Below, one piece after another: positions 47,681-56,685 of a stretch of 61,337 bases of DNA. The stretch is taken from the IMG/VR virus record IMGVR_UViG_3300021438_000016, positions 1 to 61,337 of that record. The stretch is one strand, 5' to 3'. Position 1 is the stretch's first letter. Each line of letters opens with the position of its first letter. This DNA comes from a virus (Duplodnaviria; Caudoviricetes). Position numbers and translations under genes: made by a program. The notes beneath the pieces are model-generated. The model had not been told where the DNA came from. It saw only the letters and a program-made list of their open reading frames with translations, and made no database searches.

Positions 47681-47861
47681 AGACAAGATGGAGGGATACA
47701 CGCACGAGGAGTTCTGCGCTCTGCTTGATCTGATGGGGGTGAACTACGTCACGCGCGACCCGAACGCACGGAGCCCAAGGGATCGGATGAAGATCATCAA
47801 CTACTTCCGCTCGCAGAAGCGAGCAGAGCGCAAGGTGCAGGAGTTCTTGCATGAAATCTGA
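47667..47861 (+). CDS. GYTxEEF-family mini-protein 3
   Basis: MEGYTHEEFCALLDLMG...SPRDRMKIINYFR. Confidence 0.7.
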   Translation: METTEDKMEGYTHEEFCALLDLMGVNYVTRDPNARSPRDRMKIINYFRSQKRAERKVQEFLHEI

Positions 47862-48033
47862 GGAGGAAGAGGAAGAGGAAGAGATGGAGGGCTACACGCT
47901 GGGTGAGTTCCACGCGTTGCTCCTGCTTTTGGTAGACATAGAACCACGGCACCATGAGTTCATTGCGAAGTATTTTGGAAATGACATGACTCCGAAGCAG
48001 AGGATGGACTACATCAAGGTGCTCATGCGCTAG
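47851..48033 (+). CDS. GYTxEEF-family mini-protein 4
   Basis: E8 run then MEGYTLGEFHALLLLL...MTPKQRMDYIKVLMR. Confidence 0.7.
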   Translation: MKSEEEEEEEEMEGYTLGEFHALLLLLVDIEPRHHEFIAKYFGNDMTPKQRMDYIKVLMR

Positions 48034-48122
48034 GCTTGAGTTGTGTTGATTTCGTTTTTGTTCGTACGTGGGCACACCCACTAGTTTGATTAACGTAAAA
48101 CTTTTACAGAGAGGACAAAGAA

Positions 48123-48914
48123 ATGAGAAGTGTCTTGCATAACCTGCCACGGATTCACAACTTCACATCGGCAGAGAGAACGTACAACAACATCGAGCCC
48201 ATCAGGGGGACGACGATCCGTCCGTTGGGTAATCGCAGAGCCAAGCACTATGCGATTGAGAAGATCAGCGACACGCAGTATGCGTGTACGTTGTACGGAC
48301 ACCGTGTAATAACCTACACAAAAGAGACCAAGCCGGGAGAGGGTACGCTGGGTGAGATTAGCCTGTGCGGGTACGACACACAGACCACGCGCGGGTTCAT
48401 CACGCGGGTGCTGGGTACAGACTGCTATTCACACAAGGGTAAAACCTACATTGAGATAGGCAAGAGAGTCACTGAGGTGGATGGGAAATACAAGGTCACG
48501 GGCGCGTACTACCTGCCGTCCAATCACACCTTGCAGATCCGTCACGCGCAAGTGTTCAACCCTGTGCCCGTGAAGAAAAAAGTCCTAGACCGTGAGGTTA
48601 CAAAAGAACTTCGGGACAAGTACAAGAATGAGATGGTCGCCGCCGAGTCCATGTTGCGTATGGGTACGCCGAGGTATAGCGAGGAGTACGACCCGCGCGA
48701 GAGGAAGGATTACTACAGTATGCAGTTCCTGACTGACCTCACGAGCGAGGAGATGAGTGAGTACCTGTGGTTGATCGCGGGGGACAGCTATGCCCACGAC
48801 CGCATTCAGCCTACGTACCGTTCATACATCGTGGACGCCCTGTATCACATTGCAGCGCTTGACGCTATAACTATTCACAAGGAGGTGGAGGTGCCCGTCG
48901 GACAACGGGCGTGA
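48123..48914 (+). CDS. Hypothetical early protein (263 aa)
   Basis: Long ORF with GAGG RBS. Confidence 0.75.
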   Translation: MRSVLHNLPRIHNFTSAERTYNNIEPIRGTTIRPLGNRRAKHYAIEKISDTQYACTLYGHRVITYTKETKPGEGTLGEISLCGYDTQTTRGFITRVLGTDCYSHKGKTYIEIGKRVTEVDGKYKVTGAYYLPSNHTLQIRHAQVFNPVPVKKKVLDREVTKELRDKYKNEMVAAESMLRMGTPRYSEEYDPRERKDYYSMQFLTDLTSEEMSEYLWLIAGDSYAHDRIQPTYRSYIVDALYHIAALDAITIHKEVEVPVGQRA

Positions 48915-48945
48915 GGGTGGGGCGCAACACCCCAAAAAGTTTCCC

Positions 48946-49116
48946 TAAAAACTTGGGTCTGCACAACGCAGACCGTACGCCAAAAAGTTCCCCTAAAAAC
49001 TTGACATTGTACAGAAAGTATGTTATAATGACCGTAGGTCATGTGGCATGAAGCACATGACCGGGGAAGTTTCCCCAGACCGTAACCGTAACCGTAAAAC
49101 TTTTACACACAGAGGA
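48946..49116 (+). promoter_or_regulatory. Consensus sigma70 promoter cassette, copy 2
   Basis: TTGACA(49001)-17-TATAAT(49024) with extended TG; same hairpin/palindrome layout as 46428-46606. Confidence 0.85.
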
Positions 49117-49126
49117 AGTTAGAGAA

Positions 49127-50203
49127 ATGGCTCAGATCAATCTTGCAAACAAGACCGTATCCCTTGCCGAAGCCGCCCGCCTGATCGAAGCGGTGGGCAC
49201 GAGCGTCACCATCATGCTTCAGGGCGAGCCGGGTATCGGTAAGTCCAGCATCCTGAAGATGATGAGCGACAAGACCCCGGACGGTGAGACTCGCATCAAG
49301 TCCTACATCGACGTGACTAACTTAGATCTCGGCGACATCGCTATGCCTTGGATCAACAAAGAGGACGGGTGCACACACTACGTACCCAACGCGCGGTTCG
49401 GGTTGCACACAGGCGCACCTGTGTTACTGATGCTCGACGAGTTGAGCAAGGGCCCCGACGCTATTCAGAACATGCTCCTGCCATTGTGTCTTGAGCGCCG
49501 CATGGGTGAGAAGAAGAATCACAAGAACACGATTATCTTTGCAACAGGCAACCTGTCCGGTGACGGGGTGGGCGACAAGCTCAAGCCCCATGCAATGAAT
49601 CGCTTCACGGTGGTGAAGGTTCGCAAGCCTACGTACAGCGAGTGGATCGAGTGGGGTATCGCCAACGGCATCGTGCCTGAGGTGCTCGCGGCAGTGAAGC
49701 AGTTCCCCGACTGCCTTGCATCGTATCAAGACGGTGACTCTCAGAAAGAGAACACCATGATCTATCACCCGACCCGCGCAGTGCAGGCGTTCGTATCCCC
49801 ACGGTCGCTAGAAAAAGCTAGTGACATCGTACGTATGCGTCGCGTGATCGGTGACGATCCGATGGAGGCCGCGCTGATCGGTACTGTGGGCGCGACGTTC
49901 GCACAGAAGCTGATGACGTTCCTGCACGTAGCAGATCAACTGCCAGCGCGTGAGAACTATCTTAACAACCCCGAGACTTGTCCCGTCCCTACCGACCCCA
50001 TGGCTCTGTGCATGTTGGTGTTTAGTGCAGTGACGTGGGTCGAGCGCAAGGACATGGACGCATGGATGAAGTACCTGCAACGCTTCAGCAAAGAGCATCA
50101 GGCTCTGTTCTGTACGGGTATCTGGAACTCACCCAAGCAGGGCATGGCGGCGACGTGCCGACCGTTCGTTGACTGGGCGCGGGTCAACAAGTACATCCTG
50201 TGA
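49127..50203 (+). CDS. MoxR/dynein-related AAA+ ATPase
   Basis: Walker A GEPGIGKS, Walker B LLMLDE, ATGN, NRF, SPRS. Confidence 0.9.
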   Translation: MAQINLANKTVSLAEAARLIEAVGTSVTIMLQGEPGIGKSSILKMMSDKTPDGETRIKSYIDVTNLDLGDIAMPWINKEDGCTHYVPNARFGLHTGAPVLLMLDELSKGPDAIQNMLLPLCLERRMGEKKNHKNTIIFATGNLSGDGVGDKLKPHAMNRFTVVKVRKPTYSEWIEWGIANGIVPEVLAAVKQFPDCLASYQDGDSQKENTMIYHPTRAVQAFVSPRSLEKASDIVRMRRVIGDDPMEAALIGTVGATFAQKLMTFLHVADQLPARENYLNNPETCPVPTDPMALCMLVFSAVTWVERKDMDAWMKYLQRFSKEHQALFCTGIWNSPKQGMAATCRPFVDWARVNKYIL

Positions 50204-50216
50204 GGTGAGGATGTAT

Positions 50217-50345
50217 ATGAAAGTTTACTTTAGAGGTAGTGGCAACAAAGCCCCGTTCGTCATTGAGACTAATCTTGATTGGGCGATACCCTATTGGACT
50301 GCCCGTAAAAAACACAACCCTAAAATATTTTGGGTGTTTGCGTAA
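50217..50345 (+). CDS. Small hypothetical protein (42 aa, not in the ORF track)
   Basis: MKVYFRGSGNKAPFVIETNLDWAIPYWTARKKHNPKIFWVFA; GAGG RBS; the stop codon lies in a palindrome copy. Confidence 0.55.
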   Translation: MKVYFRGSGNKAPFVIETNLDWAIPYWTARKKHNPKIFWVFA

Positions 50346-50397
50346 AACTTTTACAACGGGGGCGCAACACCATGGCCCCCAACAACTGGAGAGAGTG

Positions 50398-51609
50398 ATG
50401 TTTAAAGATACATTGACAGTCGAGCAACGCATCGAGCGTAGCCACGTGCAACTCATGAAGGACAAGCGGTTCGTGCGCTGGTCTGGGTTGTTCATGATCG
50501 GCAAGGTTGAGGTGGTGGACAACCCCTTCGTGACTGCATGTACCAACGGGCGTGACGTTCTGTATGGGCGTGAGTTCTGCAAAGATCTCACCGAGAAGGA
50601 ACTCAACTTCCTTGTCATGCACGAGAATATGCACAAGGCGTACCGTCACCTGACTACGTGGAAGCATCTGTTCAAAGAGGACAAGCGGTGTGCCGGTGCG
50701 GCGTGTGACTACGTGATCAACCAGCAGTTGGTTGACTACGACCCCAACGGTTCGATGCTTCAGATGATCGAGGGTGGTCTGATCGACGAGAAGTATCGCG
50801 GCATGGACACCCAGCAGATCTACGACATTCTCCGTCAGAAGAAGAAAGAGAAAGGCAAGGGTCGCAAGCCGGGGGACCAGCCCTGCGAGGGTAACGAGGA
50901 TGGGCTCGATGGGTTTGACGAGCACGACTTCGAGGGAGCGGAGCAGATTAGCGAGGAGGATAAGAAAGTATTGACACGCCAGATCGAGGACGCGCTACGC
51001 CAAGGTGGCATGTTGGCGGGCAAGCTCGGTGCTAACGCTGACAAACTATTCGACGAACTTGTCGATCCCAAGGTTGACTGGAAGGAAGTGTTCCGTCAGT
51101 GGTGCAAGGCAGTGGCGGCAGGGCGTGATCGTTCTACGTGGCGCAAGCCCAACCGTAGGTTCTTACACAACGACATCATCATGCCTAGCATGGAGAGCGT
51201 CACCCTTGGTCGCATTGTCGTAGGTATTGATACGTCCGGGTCTATTGGCAGTGCCGCACTTGCTGAGTTCTTTTCCGAGCTTGTCGGTATCTGTACAGAT
51301 GTGGTGCCTGAGTGTGTCGATCTTCTGTATTGGGATACCAAGATCGCTTCGCACGAGGTGTACTCGCAGGACATGCTCGGGTCTATCGTCAACACGACCA
51401 AGCCCAAGGGTGGCGGGGGCACTGACCCCGACTGCATCCCCGTCTATATTAAGAAGGAACGCATGGACCCGGTGTGCGTGGTCATCCTGACCGACGGGTA
51501 TATCGGACGATGTGAGGAAGATTTATGGACAGGTCTCGCGCCAACGCTCTGGGTAGTGACTCAGAACAAGGGGTGGAAGCCCCCGTACGGTCAATCAGTC
51601 AACATGTAG
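50398..51609 (+). CDS. Metallopeptidase-vWA protein (DUF2201-like)
   Basis: Start moved to MFKDTL (GGAGAG RBS); TACTNG, HENMH (HExxH), MIDAS DTSGS, GGGGTD, LTDG. Confidence 0.85.
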   Translation: MFKDTLTVEQRIERSHVQLMKDKRFVRWSGLFMIGKVEVVDNPFVTACTNGRDVLYGREFCKDLTEKELNFLVMHENMHKAYRHLTTWKHLFKEDKRCAGAACDYVINQQLVDYDPNGSMLQMIEGGLIDEKYRGMDTQQIYDILRQKKKEKGKGRKPGDQPCEGNEDGLDGFDEHDFEGAEQISEEDKKVLTRQIEDALRQGGMLAGKLGANADKLFDELVDPKVDWKEVFRQWCKAVAAGRDRSTWRKPNRRFLHNDIIMPSMESVTLGRIVVGIDTSGSIGSAALAEFFSELVGICTDVVPECVDLLYWDTKIASHEVYSQDMLGSIVNTTKPKGGGGTDPDCIPVYIKKERMDPVCVVILTDGYIGRCEEDLWTGLAPTLWVVTQNKGWKPPYGQSVNM

Positions 51610-51776
51610 GAGAGCACACACAAGAAGAACTTATCGCACTGCTTGCCCTGTCTGGCATCGAGGTGGAGTACATCGACGAGGTGGCTCTGCTTCGTGTCAC
51701 GGGGCACAACGACGACGACTCAGCAATACTTAAAGCGCTATTGCGTAAAACTTTTACAGAGAGCAAATCATCATGA
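51573..51776 (+). CDS. Small hypothetical protein, possible distant GYTxEEF relative
   Basis: GEHTQEELIALLALSG; start codon uncertain. Confidence 0.4.
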   Translation: MEAPVRSISQHVGEHTQEELIALLALSGIEVEYIDEVALLRVTGHNDDDSAILKALLRKTFTESKSS

Positions 51777-52657
51777 CTTCGATCATCACGACCCCAACCT
51801 TCGGCCCATCCATCGCATCCAGCGCCATGCTGGTCAACCTCAGCGTAGGCAACTGGACCGCTCGCAAGCTAGATCGCAAAGTTAGCGAGGACGTAGACAA
51901 GCAGAACAATACGATGGGACGAGCGGGCAACTACCATAAGAACTTACTGGCAGGTGCACAACAACTCGATCTGATAAACAAGTTCGTAGCTAACACGCGC
52001 AACCGGCACTATCACCTCACACTGCCATGGGCAGACACCGGCCCACGCTTGCTCCCGATGAAGCGGTTCTTCGACTACAAGGCAGAGGCAGACACATGGA
52101 TCGGCAAGTACAACGAGATGGTCAAGGAGTTCTTCGTAGCCTACCCGACCATGGTCAGTGCCGCCGCGTTCCAACTCGGTGCAATGTTTGATCGCTCCGA
52201 GTACCCAGAGGTCGAGCAGTTGCAGAGGAAGTTTTACATGGAGGTCAACTTCTGGCCTGTGCCGGAGACCGGAGACTTTCGTGTTGACTGCGAGATGCAG
52301 ATCCGTGACGAACTCAACGAGCACTACCGTCAGCTATACGACAAGCAGGTGGGTGCGGCTATGGGCGACGCGTGGTCACGCTTGCACACGGTGCTCAAGC
52401 ATCTGGTTGACCGACTGACTGACGGGGAGGAGGGTGACCGTAAGATCTTCCAGTCATCCATGATCGAGAAGGCTAACGAACTTATCGACACGCTCGACAG
52501 CATGAACATCACCAACGACCCGCAGTTGGAAGGTGCGCGTGCTCATCTTGCCGCCGCCCTTGCCGGTGTCTCCGTAAAAGATTTACGAGATTCCAAAGCT
52601 GTACGCTTCGATGTACGTACACAAGTCGAAGACATCCTCAACAAGTTTGCATTTTAA
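51773..52657 (+). CDS. DUF3150-like protein
   Basis: SAMLVNLSVGNWTARKLD...TLPW.D.GPRLLP...NITNDPQLE; follows the AAA+/vWA pair. Confidence 0.65.
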   Translation: MTSIITTPTFGPSIASSAMLVNLSVGNWTARKLDRKVSEDVDKQNNTMGRAGNYHKNLLAGAQQLDLINKFVANTRNRHYHLTLPWADTGPRLLPMKRFFDYKAEADTWIGKYNEMVKEFFVAYPTMVSAAAFQLGAMFDRSEYPEVEQLQRKFYMEVNFWPVPETGDFRVDCEMQIRDELNEHYRQLYDKQVGAAMGDAWSRLHTVLKHLVDRLTDGEEGDRKIFQSSMIEKANELIDTLDSMNITNDPQLEGARAHLAAALAGVSVKDLRDSKAVRFDVRTQVEDILNKFAF

Positions 52658-52673
52658 TTTTAGGAGAGAGAGC

Positions 52674-53663
52674 ATGACCATACTGCACAAAGGCAAACGC
52701 CACCACTACTTCACCCTTACCGCGCTCCGCAAGGTAGGGACCCAAGAGATCGTCGAAGAGGTGGCCGGTGCTGACATCTGGAACGACAGAGTTTTCCATC
52801 AACCGCTGATCTGGTTGCTCGACGCCATGCGTGTGACGTACACAGACCCGACAATCTACTTCGAAGTACGGAACAAAAAGTCCATCGCTGTGATGCAAGC
52901 GGGTATTAACATGGGCGTGCTAGGTACGTTCAAACCCAACGGTGACGTGCGTGACACGGTACAGGCAGAGGTGTGTAGTCCTAGGATCAAGAACCGCAAG
53001 TCTCCCGCAGATGTTAAGCGCTCAAGCACTCGGGCCAAGGCGGAGAAGCTGGTAGAACTTCTGGACTACAAGACTCCTGAGGTGTACGCCGAACGGCAGC
53101 GCTACCACCTAGATAGCAATATCAACAGGATAATCCACAAGTCCGCGCCGATAGAGGACAGGGTGTTGACCAACTTCGTTGAGAGTATTCACTACTCTTT
53201 TGAGTACGCCCTGCTAGCGAGGATGATGCGTGGGCAGACCACTGCGGCAGACCAGCAGGAGTTCGAGAAGTATCTGACTGCGTACGACAAGGTGCAGGAT
53301 CAGCGCATGGAGCAAGCGCTTCTGAGAGATCTTTGGGTAACTCTTCAAGAACTCCCGCCGGGCGGTCCGTCCTTGTACCGCATGGTCATACATCAGCGCA
53401 CGGCCACCGGGGGGGCCGGAATCACAGAGACATTCGTGAACACAATTAGGGATTTCCCTAGTACCGACGCGCTACCTGACGTGATACAAAGTAAGCTCGC
53501 TCTGCTGCAATTGGGCACAGGGGATGAGGCCAAGATGGTGGGGTTCCGACACGAGGCTGATTGCGATTGGCTTACGCGTTATGGCTTCATCGGTGAAGAT
53601 CTAGGAGAGTTGCTTGACACCGGAAGGGAAAGTAAAGAAGGAGGTGGTGGCCTATCTGAATGA
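52674..53663 (+). CDS. Hypothetical protein
   Basis: Start moved to MTILHK (AGGAG RBS); long ORF. Confidence 0.7.
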   Translation: MTILHKGKRHHYFTLTALRKVGTQEIVEEVAGADIWNDRVFHQPLIWLLDAMRVTYTDPTIYFEVRNKKSIAVMQAGINMGVLGTFKPNGDVRDTVQAEVCSPRIKNRKSPADVKRSSTRAKAEKLVELLDYKTPEVYAERQRYHLDSNINRIIHKSAPIEDRVLTNFVESIHYSFEYALLARMMRGQTTAADQQEFEKYLTAYDKVQDQRMEQALLRDLWVTLQELPPGGPSLYRMVIHQRTATGGAGITETFVNTIRDFPSTDALPDVIQSKLALLQLGTGDEAKMVGFRHEADCDWLTRYGFIGEDLGELLDTGRESKEGGGGLSE

Positions 53664-53907
53664 GAGGGGCGCATACTATTTCTTCCCCGTCACGGGCGGC
53701 TACGGTCGCTCGGGCGTGCCTGACATAGTTGCGTGTCTGAATGGTAGGTTCGTAGGTATCGAGTGCAAGGCTGGCGACAACCAGCCTACCGCATTGCAAG
53801 TGAAGAATCTGAAGGCCATCCGTTCTGCGGGGGGCCTTTCTTTTTGTGTGAACAGCGTAAAAGTTTTACGCGAACAACTGGAGAGTGACCTTGAAGGATT
53901 GGAGTGA
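53614..53907 (+). CDS. VRR-NUC domain nuclease
   Basis: TPEGKVK...GVPDIVAC..GRFVGIECKAG...PTALQ. Confidence 0.9.
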   Translation: MTPEGKVKKEVVAYLNERGAYYFFPVTGGYGRSGVPDIVACLNGRFVGIECKAGDNQPTALQVKNLKAIRSAGGLSFCVNSVKVLREQLESDLEGLE

Positions 53908-54112
53908 ACCATTGATTAACATCGAGCATTTAGCTATCACCCTAAAGGATACGCTGAATGCCAATCGTATCTACCACGCCGAGGGAATCGTCAAGCAGAT
54001 GCTTGCCGAACTTCTTGATCTACACGCCGCGATCCTGATTGCTCAGTGGGACGAGATTCGGATTGAGGACGCCCGCGCTAAAACCCAAGCATCGCCAGTT
54101 CCAAGAGCCTAA
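53885..54112 (+). CDS. Hypothetical protein
   Basis: 75 aa, GGAG RBS. Confidence 0.5.
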   Translation: MTLKDWSEPLINIEHLAITLKDTLNANRIYHAEGIVKQMLAELLDLHAAILIAQWDEIRIEDARAKTQASPVPRA

Positions 54113-54115
54113 CCA

Positions 54116-54331
54116 ATGACCAAACGCAAAGAAACTAAAACCATGCAACCCTGCTTTTACGTGGGGCGGCAGATGTACATACCGCATGTTCGCTTTTATA
54201 AATGCTGGGCGACTTACGCAGGGGAATACAAGACCCTTGAAGAATTGCTGTCTCTCGGAGCAACCATGCGACACGAGATGCTCGCACCGCAAATGGACGG
54301 TCGGGATTGGATTAGTAAATTCAAACTATGA
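54116..54331 (+). CDS. Hypothetical protein
   Basis: 71 aa, coupled to the next gene. Confidence 0.55.
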   Translation: MTKRKETKTMQPCFYVGRQMYIPHVRFYKCWATYAGEYKTLEELLSLGATMRHEMLAPQMDGRDWISKFKL

Positions 54332-54609
54332 AAGAAAGACAGGAAACGCCGCGCTGTTTTAACAACTACAAGGAATTCAAACTATGGATCACCGCTGCAC
54401 GAGGGGCTCACCCAGCACCGGCTCACTCTTATTGCGAGGACTGCACACCTGAATATAGAGACAAGATGATTGAAGAGAACCGATGCGCTTACCCGCAGAC
54501 GACTTTCAAAATACTTCAGGGAGAGTTTGTTGGGAGGCGATCTATCGAAGATGTAAAAGCAATACGCGCAATGTCTTGGACTAACCTGATACGTGGGAGG
54601 TTGGGATGA
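54328..54609 (+). CDS. Hypothetical Cys-containing protein
   Basis: PRCF...YCEDCTPEY...RC. Confidence 0.6.
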   Translation: MKERQETPRCFNNYKEFKLWITAARGAHPAPAHSYCEDCTPEYRDKMIEENRCAYPQTTFKILQGEFVGRRSIEDVKAIRAMSWTNLIRGRLG

Positions 54610-54800
54610 AACTAGGTGACGCTTGGAGGCAATGGTGGATAGGAACACACGGGCACAACATGCCCATGGGCGGGTATCACCCGATGGAAGGACACATGTT
54701 CGATGCGTTTAAGGCGGGATGGGAAGCAGCGGAGGCGCAATCTTGCCCTCCTTGCAATGGCAATTGCAACCAAGGAAGAGAATGTCCAGCACGGGACTGA
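54606..54800 (+). CDS. Hypothetical protein with C-terminal Cys cluster
   Basis: AFKAGWEAA...CPPCNGNCNQGRECPAR. Confidence 0.6.
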   Translation: MKLGDAWRQWWIGTHGHNMPMGGYHPMEGHMFDAFKAGWEAAEAQSCPPCNGNCNQGRECPARD

Positions 54801-54934
54801 AGAACTGCCAGCAGTGTCGGATCAAACCAGCAACATACAAAGTACCAACGGCAAACGGAAAGAGTTTTCGTTGGAAGTGCGAGAGTTGTTACAAACGACT
54901 CGCGCCGAGTGGCTTTAAGGAAAAATATGTTTAA
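54782..54934 (+). CDS. Small zinc-ribbon protein
   Basis: CQQC...WKCESC. Confidence 0.5.
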   Translation: MSSTGLKNCQQCRIKPATYKVPTANGKSFRWKCESCYKRLAPSGFKEKYV

Positions 54935-54954
54935 AGGATCAATGGAGAAGAACG

Positions 54955-55143
54955 ATGGATAAGATACCTCACCCAAATAACGTAGACATGGACGCAATGA
55001 CGCTGCGCGATTATTTTGCGGCCAAGGCAATGCAAACATTTACAAAAAATTTGGGTTGCCAGTCTGACCAAAAATGGTTTGATGGAGTCGCAGAAGGTGC
55101 GTACCGAATGGCTGACGCAATGCTGAAAGCGAGGCAACAATGA
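54955..55143 (+). CDS. Small phage protein (MTLRDYFAAKAM family)
   Basis: MTLRDYFAAKAMQ...AYRMADAMLKAR. Confidence 0.75.
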   Translation: MDKIPHPNNVDMDAMTLRDYFAAKAMQTFTKNLGCQSDQKWFDGVAEGAYRMADAMLKARQQ

Positions 55144-55505
55144 AGTACCGCAAGAAGCCGGTGGTCGTTGAGGCGACGCAATGGTTCAAGAACGGCGACC
55201 ATCCGCTGGACTACAGCAAAACGCACGACGGTCTTGAAAACGGTGAATTGCGCCAGTTCACACCAGAGGAACGGAAATCAAATCAATGGGAAGGCGACAT
55301 CGTTCGCTACTACCGAGTACCCGGCCTCGATGGGAAGGCGGAGTGCGCGTATTGTGGCGACATCATGCACAACCACGGCTGGATTGATACATCGGAAGGC
55401 GGGCATGTTGTCTGCCCCGGCGACTGGATTATCACGGGCGTAATGGGCGAACACTACCCCTGCAAAGACAAAATCTTTCGGATGACCTACGAGGCAGCGG
55501 AATGA
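55140..55505 (+). CDS. Phage protein (PGDYG-like)
   Basis: MKYRKKPVVVEATQW...PGDWIITG..GEHYPCK..IF..TY. Confidence 0.75.
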   Translation: MKYRKKPVVVEATQWFKNGDHPLDYSKTHDGLENGELRQFTPEERKSNQWEGDIVRYYRVPGLDGKAECAYCGDIMHNHGWIDTSEGGHVVCPGDWIITGVMGEHYPCKDKIFRMTYEAAE

Positions 55506-55720
55506 AGCGTGAACTATACGACTTCATAACCCCACCCGATTCAAAGGGGGCACACGTTAGTTTGTATTACTTCCCACACAATCAGCGCAGCAGTCTCGGC
55601 CTTCAGTCTCTCGCACCGAACTACAACGAACCCCCCTGCATGGTGGCAAACTACGACAGAGACGGTAACCTGCTGTACACGCGGTTCATATTTAAAGACG
55701 GGACATGGAGAGATGACTAA
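55502..55720 (+). CDS. Hypothetical protein
   Basis: 72 aa, ATGA coupling. Confidence 0.55.
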   Translation: MKRELYDFITPPDSKGAHVSLYYFPHNQRSSLGLQSLAPNYNEPPCMVANYDRDGNLLYTRFIFKDGTWRDD

Positions 55721-55859
55721 GTACGGAATCCTTGATGACGAAGGCAAGGTGATCCGGTGGGTGTGGCATCTCCCGCCATACCCGCACGTGGTTGAGAAAA
55801 TTAAACGCAAACGTAAACCCAAGTTGGATTTGTCCAACGTACCGGACGCATTATTTTGA
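55713..55859 (+). CDS. Small hypothetical protein (48 aa, not in the ORF track)
   Basis: MTKYGILDDEGKVIRWVW...VPDALF; GGAG RBS. Confidence 0.55.
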   Translation: MTKYGILDDEGKVIRWVWHLPPYPHVVEKIKRKRKPKLDLSNVPDALF

Positions 55860-56011
55860 GCACACCTATTACCCCACAACAGATGATTGAATACATGCTG
55901 GCGCTATTAGACAGTGTGGTCAAAGATTATCCTGAAGAAGAGCAGGAAGCTACCAAGGCGAAGATACTGGATGCGTTTAGTGCGGCTATGTTTAAAGGAG
56001 CAAAAGAATGA
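55856..56011 (+). CDS. Small hypothetical protein (not in the ORF track)
   Basis: TTGA/ATGA overlaps on both sides; ...MIEYMLALLDSVVKDYPEEEQE... Confidence 0.45.
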   Translation: MSTPITPQQMIEYMLALLDSVVKDYPEEEQEATKAKILDAFSAAMFKGAKE

Positions 56012-56247
56012 GTATCAAAGACGTTAGAGCAGACGACATGCAAGTGGGCGGCGACCACTACAAAGAGATGGGAGTCCCGCCATGGGACGTGATTGAAGCC
56101 GTGCTGTCTCGCAAGGAATTCATAGGGTTCTTGAAGGGCAATATCATCAAGTACGGAATGCGGCAGGGTAAGAAGGACTCTGACGACGCGGGCAAGTGCT
56201 TGCACTACAAAAGGAAATTAGAAGAGATAGAGGGGAAACTGTGGTGA
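56008..56247 (+). CDS. DUF3310 (SaV-like) protein
   Basis: QVGGDHY...GFLKGNIIKY..R.GKK...D..K..HY. Confidence 0.85.
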   Translation: MSIKDVRADDMQVGGDHYKEMGVPPWDVIEAVLSRKEFIGFLKGNIIKYGMRQGKKDSDDAGKCLHYKRKLEEIEGKLW

Positions 56248-56519
56248 CTAGAGAAGATGTTATTAGGATGGCACGAGAGGCAGGCGCTAAGCCCTCGCAT
56301 CACCCTGAGCTATGGGACATTTGGAACATTCGAGACACGGACCTTGAACGCTTTGCCGCACTTGTTGCCGCGCATGCACGAGAGGCCGAGGCCGCTAAAT
56401 GGGCAAAAGGCGCAAACATTAGTGTTCCCACTAGAGTAATGGAGCAGCAATTTTCTATATATTACCGCCGTGGATACGAAGCTGGAGTATTAGTTAATAA
56501 GGAGAAGAATGGTGGATGA
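56244..56519 (+). CDS. Hypothetical protein
   Basis: TREDVIRMAREAG...LERFAALVAA. Confidence 0.65.
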   Translation: MTREDVIRMAREAGAKPSHHPELWDIWNIRDTDLERFAALVAAHAREAEAAKWAKGANISVPTRVMEQQFSIYYRRGYEAGVLVNKEKNGG

Positions 56520-56685
56520 TAAATACACATACGAAACATATGACATGGCGCGGTTCAATATCCCTGAAGGCATGTACTCAATAGCAGAAGTTGAAAACAT
56601 GCTTGCCACCATGAAAGAGGCAAAGAATCGACAGGACGAAATGCTAAAAGCCGCGATGCAAGGGTATGAGGAGAAGAACGGATGA
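56509..56685 (+). CDS. Small hypothetical protein (58 aa, not in the ORF track)
   Basis: MVDDKYTYE...; AAGGAG RBS. Confidence 0.55.
   Translation: MVDDKYTYETYDMARFNIPEGMYSIAEVENMLATMKEAKNRQDEMLKAAMQGYEEKNG

Noticed and set aside
50239-50397. N-terminal extension of the vWA ORF given in the ORF track
   Set aside because: It overlaps a separate 42-aa ORF, a palindrome and a hairpin; ATG 50398 has a clear RBS
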